20,000 nt of DNA from the IMG/VR virus record IMGVR_UViG_3300010347_003641; one strand, written 5' to 3'. The translations under genes were made by a program, and so were the position numbers. The DNA comes from an uncultured virus (IMG/VR IMGVR_UViG_3300010347_003641). Its lineage: Duplodnaviria > Heunggongvirae > Uroviricota > Caudoviricetes. Positions 9,727 to 18,156 of the stretch are shown here, piece after piece. Each line of letters opens with the position of its first letter. Position 1 is the stretch's first letter. The notes under the pieces were generated by a model. It was not told the origin of the DNA. It did no database searches and saw only the letters and a list, made by a program, of their open reading frames with translations.

Positions 9727-9730
9727 TAAC

Positions 9731-12598
9731 ATGAGTCTAATCGCTTGGTACAAACTCGACGGCAACGCCAACGACAGTTCTGGAAACAACAGGCATTTAA
9801 GTACGATATCTGCGACATACAGCGCCGCCGGCAAGATAAACGGCGCATATTCTTTCGCTTCCGGCAACAGAATCTATTCGTCAACCGGCATGGACTTCCC
9901 TGCGATCGTCTCGGTGTCGGCGTGGGGGTATTCGACGTCTTTCGACAACAACCCTATGCTTTTCTCGTTCAATTCGCCTTCGTTCGCCGGACCGGATCTT
10001 TTCTTTTCAACCGCCTCTTCCACGATATGCTGGAACGTCGGGGACAGCGCCACATCTGCCTTTAAGATCAGCGGAACGAACGTCTCGTTTCCAAGCGTCA
10101 ACGAATGGCATCATTACGTCGTACTCAACGACGGATTCAGGAACAAGGCATATCTGTATATCGACGGAGTCTATAGCGGCGAGACTACTTACAGAAACAC
10201 CACTCAGGCCAATAGGGGCTTTACCATAGGTAATTACCACCCTGCTTCCTCTTCGTATGCCTGGCGAGGTATGATAGACGACTTCAGGATATACGACCAC
10301 ATATTGTCCGAACGGGAGATAAAAGAGCTTGCGAAGGCGAAGGTTCTTCATTATTCGTTCGACGACTTTCAAAGGCCGACTGTTAATCTAATAACCAATC
10401 CCACCAGAGAGGTAGTTGGGACGTACGAATTCGTGCAATACATAGATCTTGCACCAATTTTCGACACTTACGGCACCGACAAGCCGTATTCTCTCTCCCT
10501 CGACATGAAATCCGCCGACACGTCCAATACTATTAACGTTCTTGTTTATATGCAAAACGGCTCTAACACCAGATACACGTTTGTGAACACGTATGTAGGA
10601 GTTTCCGAGTATTATAGCCGATACGAGTTCTCGGATTTGACTCCGGTCCTTGCCAATCCTGGCGTTACTCAAGCTATGCTGGCATTCTACGGAACGTACG
10701 GTACAGGGAATTACCCTTCGATAAAGAACGTTCAACTGGAGATGACAAGATACTGCACTCCGTTCGTTGACGGTTCGCGGCCCGGAATCGTTAAAGACCA
10801 GTCGGGATTCTCTAACGATGCAGAGCTTGAAGCCGCTTCTTCTCCGGAGCACACTACGTTCAGCGCCATCGGGAGCGGTGCGTACTACTTCTCCGGGGAT
10901 GCTCACATACATCTGGCGCAATCGCCGATTGCGGATCTGAACGGCGATTTTTCGGTTAGCGTGTGGATACGAGCTACCGATGTTTCGACAGACAACACGT
11001 GGCAAAGACGTATATTGGGGATAAACGGTTCGAGCGCCGGCAAGTTCGACCTCTCGATGTTCGAAAGCGGCGGCATAGCTATACGCATAAACGAAACGCC
11101 ATATACCACTCCTGCCGTATCGCTGCTTTACGACTGGCATCACATCGTATTCACAAAATACGGAACTACCTACAAGGTTTATATAGACGGGCAGGAACAG
11201 ACGTTGACGAACACGGGGCTTGGGTCACATTCAACATATCCCGGGGTGCTGATCGGAAGAGCTTATTATTCTTCCATATTCCGCGGCGGTTTCATCGGAT
11301 TGATAGACGACGTGAGAATATATTCGACTGCGCTTTCCACGAGCGACGTGTTTACGCTTTATCGCACGCGTGCTTCGCTTAACGCAAACGGTCTTTTGCT
11401 CACGCACGAATTGAACGAAGAACGCTTCAACAGATGCCCGCCCTTCGAAGACTGGACCATGTACGGAAATGCGCATGTAGAAAACGGCGAGCTTGTGATC
11501 CCCGACTATTCCTCTTATGCCATATCGCCGTACATGTACATCGGTCAAGACACCAACTGGTATTGGGGCGCCGAATGGTTTGCTACACAGCAGAGCAACT
11601 ATGCGTCTTATCAGCCGAACGCCGGTTTTCTAATGGGTTCGTCGTACTACAATAGCGATTTCGTACTTACTCCGAATACGGCCGATTACACCGGGAACGG
11701 TCATGCGAACAGTTATCCGGTGAACCAATGGACAGCAAAATACTGGAGCGGCAACGGCGGCAACGATGTGCAATACTTAAAACTCCAGATATCCGGCAGC
11801 TCCACATATGCGCAGGCCTCGGGGTTCAGAGTCAGAAGACCAACCGTTTCTATCGTATCTTACACCGACGACGAATACATACCGTTCTCGAACAATATTC
11901 TCGATTACTATTATTCCACAAACCAGCAATTACGGTCATCTGGTATATTAAACGCGCAAAGCTTTTCGGAAACAGGTGTAACTGACGGTCTGATCGGTTG
12001 GTGGCCTTTCGACGGGAACGCGAACGATCTCTCGTTTTCGAAAAACGACGGAACAGTAAGCGGCGCATCGGTGGCCGTCGGAACGTTCGGCAAGTGTTAT
12101 TCCTTTGATGGGACAGACGATTATATACAGATAAACAGCGTGAACGTAGAAACCGTCAACGCGATAATCGACCTCAACAATGTCTCGGCCGTGCAATACT
12201 TTTTCGGAAGCGCTACAGCGAGCAGAGGCATAAGGTACAACGGAGAAACGTTTTTGGTGTTCGGTGAAACGGCGGGAAGCTCCGCGATTCCGTGGACGAA
12301 AGTCGCCGGATTTGTCATGTTCACCGCCGCAAGGAGCGGTTCCGACTGGAAACTGTACATAAACGGAAGCTTGATAGGCACGGCGACAGGGGCAGGCGCG
12401 TTGAGCATAAACAGGATCGGTAGAAGATCGGACGGGTACTACTTCAACGGAAAGATGCGAGATGTCCGTTTCTACAACAGGGCATTGACGGCGGCCGAGA
12501 TCAATGTTCTTTACGATATGCTCTTTACTAACAACAAGATGAAGATAACAAAACACGGAGTGTACGTCAGTGGAGAATTCGACGAGACGCTGCTATGA
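9731..12598 (+). CDS. Multi-LamG (concanavalin A-like) domain virion protein (955 aa)
   Basis: Three LamG-like domains (LIAWYKLDGNANDSSG...GMIDDFRIYDHILS; ...GLIDDVRIYSTALS; LIGWWPFDGNAND...GKMRDVRFYNRALT) are interspersed with CBM-like beta sandwiches. Confidence 0.88.
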   Translation: MSLIAWYKLDGNANDSSGNNRHLSTISATYSAAGKINGAYSFASGNRIYSSTGMDFPAIVSVSAWGYSTSFDNNPMLFSFNSPSFAGPDLFFSTASSTICWNVGDSATSAFKISGTNVSFPSVNEWHHYVVLNDGFRNKAYLYIDGVYSGETTYRNTTQANRGFTIGNYHPASSSYAWRGMIDDFRIYDHILSEREIKELAKAKVLHYSFDDFQRPTVNLITNPTREVVGTYEFVQYIDLAPIFDTYGTDKPYSLSLDMKSADTSNTINVLVYMQNGSNTRYTFVNTYVGVSEYYSRYEFSDLTPVLANPGVTQAMLAFYGTYGTGNYPSIKNVQLEMTRYCTPFVDGSRPGIVKDQSGFSNDAELEAASSPEHTTFSAIGSGAYYFSGDAHIHLAQSPIADLNGDFSVSVWIRATDVSTDNTWQRRILGINGSSAGKFDLSMFESGGIAIRINETPYTTPAVSLLYDWHHIVFTKYGTTYKVYIDGQEQTLTNTGLGSHSTYPGVLIGRAYYSSIFRGGFIGLIDDVRIYSTALSTSDVFTLYRTRASLNANGLLLTHELNEERFNRCPPFEDWTMYGNAHVENGELVIPDYSSYAISPYMYIGQDTNWYWGAEWFATQQSNYASYQPNAGFLMGSSYYNSDFVLTPNTADYTGNGHANSYPVNQWTAKYWSGNGGNDVQYLKLQISGSSTYAQASGFRVRRPTVSIVSYTDDEYIPFSNNILDYYYSTNQQLRSSGILNAQSFSETGVTDGLIGWWPFDGNANDLSFSKNDGTVSGASVAVGTFGKCYSFDGTDDYIQINSVNVETVNAIIDLNNVSAVQYFFGSATASRGIRYNGETFLVFGETAGSSAIPWTKVAGFVMFTAARSGSDWKLYINGSLIGTATGAGALSINRIGRRSDGYYFNGKMRDVRFYNRALTAAEINVLYDMLFTNNKMKITKHGVYVSGEFDETLL

Positions 12599-12607
12599 GA
12601 AGGTGCG

Positions 12608-15600
12608 ATGATGGCAAAGCTTGCTAGTACGACTATATACGGCGACTTGAACGTCAGCGGAAAGATAAGGGGCGACGGCGTTTTGGTTTCCGGCGTAGAT
12701 GCCGACAAACTCGACGGTAAGCATCTCACCGACCTGAAGATAACAGTTACCGGAGCCGTAACCGCTTCGCAGATAGCCTTCGGGTCCGACGGCACCGTTA
12801 CGTTGAACACTTCTCTGTCAACTCATACGCACGACGATCGCTATTACATAGAAAGCGAGATAGACAGTCAGATGGCCGGCAAGTCTGACGTCGGACACAC
12901 GCATTCATACCTACCTCTCGCAGGTGGAACCATGTCAGGCGCTATTGCGATGGGAAGTAACAACATAAGCGGTGCAGGTACGGTGTCGGCAACTACGTTC
13001 CAGGAGAACGGAACGAACCTCGCTTCTAAATACCTCGGTATCGCGGCAAAAGCAGCCGATTCCGACAAACTCGACAACATAGACTCTACGGGGTTCCTTC
13101 GAATAATAACCGACGGGACGACCGACAAGGTTACGATCAGCAACAGCAAATTCGGAGTGGTTGGCGGCTCCAACATATCCATAACATACGACGATACGAA
13201 CAAGAAGATAACGATAGCAAACACTTATTCGTATTCTCACCCGACTGGCGACGGTAATTTACACGTACCTGCCACCAGCACAACAAACAACACCAAGGTT
13301 TTGAAGGCCGGTTCCACAGCCGGTTCGATTTCGTGGGGAAGCGTCGATTGGACCGAGCTAACGAACAAGCCCTCAACTTTCTCGCCTTCTTCACACAATC
13401 ACCCTAACACAGAGATAACTGGCCTCGGGGGAGCTGCAACTCTCAACGTTGGAACAGCGGCCGGCACCGTTGCCGCCGGAAACGATTCGCGTTTCCACGC
13501 CAATACGAACGACCCGACTGCCGATCAAAAAGCGGCCCTGACCGGTACGAGCGGCACGCCGAGTTCAACGAACAAGTACGTTACCAACAGCGATAGCCGT
13601 CTGTCGGACGCTCGCACTCCAACTGCACATACTCACGTAAAGAACGATATAACCGACTTCACGCATACTCATTCTGACGCCACAACGTCTGTTGCAGGAT
13701 TCATGAGCGCTGCCGACAAGACGAAACTTGACGGCGTAGCAACTAACGCTAATAACTATACGCATCCTACTGGCGACGGAAATCTACACGTGCCGGCCAC
13801 AAGCACCACGAACAACACCAAGGTATTGAAAGCAGGAGCTACCGCAGGCTCTATGGCGTGGGGAGTAGTTGCGTATTCAGAACTGAGCGGTGTTCCTACA
13901 ACATTCGCTCCGTCCGCTCACAAGACTTCTCATGCCAGCGGCGGCGGAGACGCTTTGACGCCAGCCGATATAGGGGCTGCAGCCGCTTCTCACGGCTCTC
14001 ACGTTCCAACAGGAGGAACGTCAGGTCAGTATTTGAAGCAAGGCAACTCGTGGTCAACAATAACTATATCAGAAGTCTCTGGTTTACAAGGCGCCCTCGA
14101 CGGAAAAGCTGCAACATCTCACAATCACGATACTGTATATCCTTCGATGAATTCAACAAGTGTAGATGCAGATACAATAACAAGAAGCGGATTTTATCAC
14201 TGCAATGCCAATGTTCCTACGACCGACGGCGAATCAGACAAGGCGATTATTCACAATCAATACGGTCCGTCTTCAGTTTGGGCTACGCAGATCGCCATAT
14301 CTTGGCGCAACGGACGAATGTGGTTCAGAAACAAAGAAAACGGAACATGGGAATCTTGGCAGGAAGTGTCGAAAGAACATTCGCACCCTTATCTTTCGAA
14401 TTCCGATTCAAGAATAGCGCAATGGGAATCGGCGTACACTCATTCCACATCGTCGCATCTCGCTCTTGGCGAAACCTCTTCGACGGCTTATCAGGGCGAC
14501 AGAGGAAAGACTGCATACAATCACTCTCAAGAGGCTCATGCAAGAACTGATGCCACGCTTACTGAATCTTCTCTTACAAACGGAAACATCAAGATAAATG
14601 GAACAGAAACTACCGTTTACACACATCCTACCGGAGACGGGAATCTGCACGTTCCGGCGACTTCTACAACTAATAACACGAAGGTATTGAAAGCCGGCGC
14701 AACAGCAGGATCTTTGTCCTGGGGCGTTGTGGCATATTCAGAACTTTCTGGTGTTCCTTCGACATTTACTCCCTCTTCTCACAATCATCCAAACACTGAA
14801 ATAACAGGTCTTGGAGATTCGGCTACGAAGAATGTCGGAACGGCTTCTGGCACAGTGGCCGCCGGAAACGACTCTCGATTCCATTCAAATGCGAACGATC
14901 CCTCTGCCGATCAGAAGGCGGCGTTGGCCGGAACGTCAGGAACTCCGTCGGACACAAACAAATACGTAACCAACGACGATAGCAGAATGACCAATGCGAG
15001 AACGCCTTCTTCTCACGGTAACGAAGCTCACTCTTCGACATTCGTTACTCAAACGGAGATAACAAACAGCATATCTACTCATGCGGGCAACGCCACCGTA
15101 CATCACTCGAACGCAAATGATCCGACTGGTGATCAGAAAGCGGCTTTGGCAGGTACGTCCGGTACTCCTTCATCGACGAATAAGTACGTTACGGACGGCG
15201 ATTCCCGGCTTTCCGACGCAAGAACGCCGACTTCTCACGGCAACGACAAGCACTCGGCAACGTATGTAACACAAACAGAGATAAATACAAGCATATCAAC
15301 ACACGCCGGTTCCGCAACGGCACATCATTCGAACGTAAACGACCCTTCGTCTGATCAAAAAGCGGCTTTAGCTGGTACTTCCGGCACTCCGTCCGGCACG
15401 AATAAATACGTTACCAATGCCGACTCGAGGTTATCCGACGCTAGAACACCGACTTCTCATACTCATCCAAATACAGAGATAACTGGTCTAGGGGATTCCT
15501 CGACAAAGAACGTCGGGACGGCAACCGGTACAGTCGCCGCAGGAGACGACGCCCGTTTCCACTCGAATGCAAACGACCCTACGAGCGACGAGAAGGCGGC

Positions 15601-16609
15601 ACTAGCTGGTACCGGAACTCCGTCAGGCACAAACAAATATGTCACGAACGACGATTCGAGACTATCGGACTCAAGAACTCCGACGACTCACAACCACGCC
15701 GCCGGAGATATAAACAGCGGAACACTAGGCGTCGCAAGGGGCGGTACTGGAATAGATTCCTACACGGCGAATAACTATTTAAGAGCGTCTGGATCGACTA
15801 CACTAGAACAGAGAACGCCGTCCCAGGTGTTGTCGGATATAGGAGCTGCGGCGGCGAGTGATTTAACTGGTCACATAAACTCGCAACTTCACATTCCGAC
15901 CTTCGGAGCCAATGAATTAAATTACGTGTTGTCTGTAATAGGTAACGATCCGCTATATTCGACGGCTTGGATGGAACTGAACAAAAATAGAGTAGGATTA
16001 CCAAACGTTGAAGATTACGGTATAGCCTCTCAAGTGGAAGCGGAAGCTGGAACGTCTTCAACTAAATACATGACACCACTGAGGACAAAACAAGCGATAG
16101 CAGCGTTACAAGCAGTATCGAGCGTTGCGGGTAAAACGGGAGCGGTAACTCTGTCCGCTTCAGACGTAGGAGCTGCTGCAAGCGATCATACGCATACTGG
16201 TTATTTAGCATCTTCGGGCGGAACGCTTACTGGAAACATGAATTTCGCCGATTATCTAGCACAAAGTCCGGAGATAAAAGATTACTCTGAAACCGTTAAA
16301 GCTCAAGGTACAACTGGAGGAGCTAAAACAATAAACATAGAAGACGGCAATGTTCATACGATAACACTTAGCTCCAATACTACTTTTACGTTTAGCAATC
16401 CGTCAGCTTCAGGAAAGGCCTGTTCTTTGACTATTATTTTAACTCAAGGTTCGACGGTGAGCTCTGTAACGTGGCCGGCTTCGGTAAAGTGGCCTGATGG
16501 AAATGCCCCTAGTCTCGCAGGAGCTAGCACCACTTATGTGCTATCTTTTCTCACAATCGACGGTGGCACCACGTGGTTTGCGTGGTTTTTAGGGAGTGCT
16601 TTTGCATGA
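12608..16609 (+). CDS. Long phage tail fibre protein 2 (about 1333 aa; start at 12608 or 12611)
   Basis: Motifs DADKLDG, HTHDDRYY and YLPLAGGT, with many HxH motifs. A knob-like domain (SGFYH...QIAISWRNGRMWFRNKENGTWESW) lies at about 14150-14370. The C-terminal beta domain reads GNVHTITLSSNTTFTFSN...TWPASVKWPDG.APSL...TIDGGTTW. Confidence 0.9.
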   Translation: MMAKLASTTIYGDLNVSGKIRGDGVLVSGVDADKLDGKHLTDLKITVTGAVTASQIAFGSDGTVTLNTSLSTHTHDDRYYIESEIDSQMAGKSDVGHTHSYLPLAGGTMSGAIAMGSNNISGAGTVSATTFQENGTNLASKYLGIAAKAADSDKLDNIDSTGFLRIITDGTTDKVTISNSKFGVVGGSNISITYDDTNKKITIANTYSYSHPTGDGNLHVPATSTTNNTKVLKAGSTAGSISWGSVDWTELTNKPSTFSPSSHNHPNTEITGLGGAATLNVGTAAGTVAAGNDSRFHANTNDPTADQKAALTGTSGTPSSTNKYVTNSDSRLSDARTPTAHTHVKNDITDFTHTHSDATTSVAGFMSAADKTKLDGVATNANNYTHPTGDGNLHVPATSTTNNTKVLKAGATAGSMAWGVVAYSELSGVPTTFAPSAHKTSHASGGGDALTPADIGAAAASHGSHVPTGGTSGQYLKQGNSWSTITISEVSGLQGALDGKAATSHNHDTVYPSMNSTSVDADTITRSGFYHCNANVPTTDGESDKAIIHNQYGPSSVWATQIAISWRNGRMWFRNKENGTWESWQEVSKEHSHPYLSNSDSRIAQWESAYTHSTSSHLALGETSSTAYQGDRGKTAYNHSQEAHARTDATLTESSLTNGNIKINGTETTVYTHPTGDGNLHVPATSTTNNTKVLKAGATAGSLSWGVVAYSELSGVPSTFTPSSHNHPNTEITGLGDSATKNVGTASGTVAAGNDSRFHSNANDPSADQKAALAGTSGTPSDTNKYVTNDDSRMTNARTPSSHGNEAHSSTFVTQTEITNSISTHAGNATVHHSNANDPTGDQKAALAGTSGTPSSTNKYVTDGDSRLSDARTPTSHGNDKHSATYVTQTEINTSISTHAGSATAHHSNVNDPSSDQKAALAGTSGTPSGTNKYVTNADSRLSDARTPTSHTHPNTEITGLGDSSTKNVGTATGTVAAGDDARFHSNANDPTSDEKAALAGTGTPSGTNKYVTNDDSRLSDSRTPTTHNHAAGDINSGTLGVARGGTGIDSYTANNYLRASGSTTLEQRTPSQVLSDIGAAAASDLTGHINSQLHIPTFGANELNYVLSVIGNDPLYSTAWMELNKNRVGLPNVEDYGIASQVEAEAGTSSTKYMTPLRTKQAIAALQAVSSVAGKTGAVTLSASDVGAAASDHTHTGYLASSGGTLTGNMNFADYLAQSPEIKDYSETVKAQGTTGGAKTINIEDGNVHTITLSSNTTFTFSNPSASGKACSLTIILTQGSTVSSVTWPASVKWPDGNAPSLAGASTTYVLSFLTIDGGTTWFAWFLGSAFA
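14894..15690 (+). repeat. Tandem coding repeat (about 74-78 aa) in fibre 2
   Basis: NDPxxD[QE]KAALAGT(S)GTPSxTNKYVTxxDSR..RTP begins at 14894, 15116, 15338 and 15572 (spacing 222, 222, 234 bp). Dispersed copies begin at 13508 and, in fibre 1, at 7429. Confidence 0.92.
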
Positions 16610-17538
16610 TTGCTAATAACATAAAGAGATTTTATAAACAAGGAAACATAACTGATTGTGTGTATTTCGTTGTTCAAGACGGCAAGGTCCGCAAATTGAA
16701 GGCGTCCAACGGAGACTTGTTATGGACTTCCTCTTCTCTTGGAACAAACTACAACTATGCTCTAGCGACCGATCCTAGTGGCTACGTTTATGGAGGCGGA
16801 TCGGCAAACATAGTTAGAAAAATAGATCCGTCTGATGGTTCTTTTGTGTGGTCCAAAGACTTAGGTCAAACAATTAGGTGGATCTACTGTGACTCTAACG
16901 GTTATGTATATGTGGCTTATGCGAGCGGTTTTGCATGCAGGCTGAACCCTAGCAATGGAAACATTGTGTGGACAAGCAGCGATTATGGAAATTATAGCAA
17001 TGGAATATGTTGCGATGAGAACTACGTGTATTTGGCTGTTGATACTAGCATTAAAAGGCTTTCTATTTCAAATGGTAGTCTAGTTTCAAGTTCTTTTGCC
17101 GCAATGAGTGTTACCATGCCTGCTGGAGGCACCGTCAGCATAGGATCGTCTTCCAACAAAATAGCTTTTGGCGGGAACACTTCTACGCTTAAAATATACG
17201 ATACAGGAGACCATTCTAACATCGATGTCAGCGTTGGAGATCATATCAATAATGCTGTTTGTGCGTATGGTAGCGATTATATGTATGTCAATCCATACAA
17301 CGCATATGTAAAAAAGATCAATGTTAGTGACGGATCAATAGTATGGACAAGCAGTAAAATAGCTACTTATGGATACGGCGCAACGGTGGACGAAGACGGT
17401 TATGTGTATGTCGGCGGACGAGATGGAAAAATCAGAAAGCTGAACCCAAGCAATGGTTCAGTTATATGGACGACTCCGTCTTATCAAGCTACAACATATG
17501 AATGTGTTCTAACCACTCCATATTGTTCAAGTTGGTGA
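16606..17538 (+). CDS. PQQ-like beta-propeller protein (310 aa), probable receptor-binding adhesin
   Basis: The start overlaps the fibre 2 stop as ATGA (16606-16609), with GGGAG upstream. Blades repeat as YVY(V/G)...VRK(L/I)xPSxGxxxWTS, about 6-7 times. Confidence 0.8.
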   Translation: MIANNIKRFYKQGNITDCVYFVVQDGKVRKLKASNGDLLWTSSSLGTNYNYALATDPSGYVYGGGSANIVRKIDPSDGSFVWSKDLGQTIRWIYCDSNGYVYVAYASGFACRLNPSNGNIVWTSSDYGNYSNGICCDENYVYLAVDTSIKRLSISNGSLVSSSFAAMSVTMPAGGTVSIGSSSNKIAFGGNTSTLKIYDTGDHSNIDVSVGDHINNAVCAYGSDYMYVNPYNAYVKKINVSDGSIVWTSSKIATYGYGATVDEDGYVYVGGRDGKIRKLNPSNGSVIWTTPSYQATTYECVLTTPYCSSW

Positions 17539-17543
17539 TTTTT

Positions 17544-17918
17544 ATGGATTATGTATTGATAGAAAACGGGAAGGTAACGAAAATCGGCTTGCCGAAAATT
17601 GGCAAACTTAAAGACGGTAGATCGGTTTCTTGCTATCATCTTTTGTCTCACGAAGTCTTATTACAAGAAGGTTGGCTGCCGCTTATAGACAATCCTCCGG
17701 TAGTTGTCGAAGGCTTTGTGCCAATCATTGTCGGTTATGAAATTTTCGAAGACAAAGTAGAAGTGCTGTATGAATTGGAGCAAATTCATGAGAAGCCCGA
17801 AGAAACTTCCGTCGAAGAGAAACTGGAAAAGATAAGCGTTTTAGAAGAGCAAAACATGGTTCTTCAGCAAGCAATAATCGAACTCTCCATTATTCTCGGA
17901 AACGTAGTCGGAGGCTAA
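17544..17918 (+). CDS. Tail-fibre-associated protein (124 aa; assembly/chaperone-like, XkdW-like position)
   Basis: ATG 17544 has GGTGA upstream. The segment LP..G.LKDGRSVS.Y.LL....L..EGWLPL..NPP and the C-terminal coiled coil LEEQNMVLQQAIIELS are typical of genes that precede CD1375/XkdX genes. Confidence 0.65.
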   Translation: MDYVLIENGKVTKIGLPKIGKLKDGRSVSCYHLLSHEVLLQEGWLPLIDNPPVVVEGFVPIIVGYEIFEDKVEVLYELEQIHEKPEETSVEEKLEKISVLEEQNMVLQQAIIELSIILGNVVGG

Positions 17919-17919
17919 T

Positions 17920-18147
17920 ATGTTCAACAAAAACAGTGCGCTCGTCAAGGTTTGGATCAAGTGGTATGACGAAAAGAAAACTACGGCGGAACAGATCCCG
18001 AATCTGTATAATCTCCGTGAAGTTATAAAGGAAATACTTGTTAATAGAGCTATTGAGGGGCTAGACGCCGGCGAAATTACAATCGACGACGTAACTACGG
18101 ATTTGGGAGTTAAAGAAGCCGTCGAATCCATTGTCGCGGCAAGATAA
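17920..18147 (+). CDS. CD1375/XkdX-like small phage protein, apparently two tandem units (75 aa)
   Basis: SD GGAGG. LVKVW......TAEQIPNLYNLREVIKEIL is followed by a second unit, AIEGLDAGEITIDDV..LGVKEAVESIV. Confidence 0.7.
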   Translation: MFNKNSALVKVWIKWYDEKKTTAEQIPNLYNLREVIKEILVNRAIEGLDAGEITIDDVTTDLGVKEAVESIVAAR

Positions 18148-18156
18148 GGAGGACGT

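Noticed and set aside
14894..15690. CRISPR-like or non-coding repeat array
   Set aside because: The periods are multiples of three (222 and 234 bp), conservation is at the protein level, and there are no identical short repeats with unique spacers.
350..16061. Many alternative-frame and antisense ORFs in the track (e.g. 350-1087 -, 10388-11143 -, 11948-12556 -, 13858-14550 +)
   Set aside because: They lie within or almost entirely overlap well-supported genes, lack recognisable motifs and look like shadow ORFs produced by codon bias.
4954..16609. Invertible tail-fibre (shufflon/Gin-type) system
   Set aside because: No recombinase gene is present, all fibre modules are in the same orientation, and I saw no inverted crossover sites.
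4954..17538. Diversity-generating retroelement (TR/VR pair) acting on the fibre or adhesin genes
   Set aside because: There is no reverse transcriptase in the window. The repeats differ mainly at synonymous positions of all four bases, not specifically at adenines, and all lie in frame within coding sequence. A TR elsewhere in the genome cannot be excluded.
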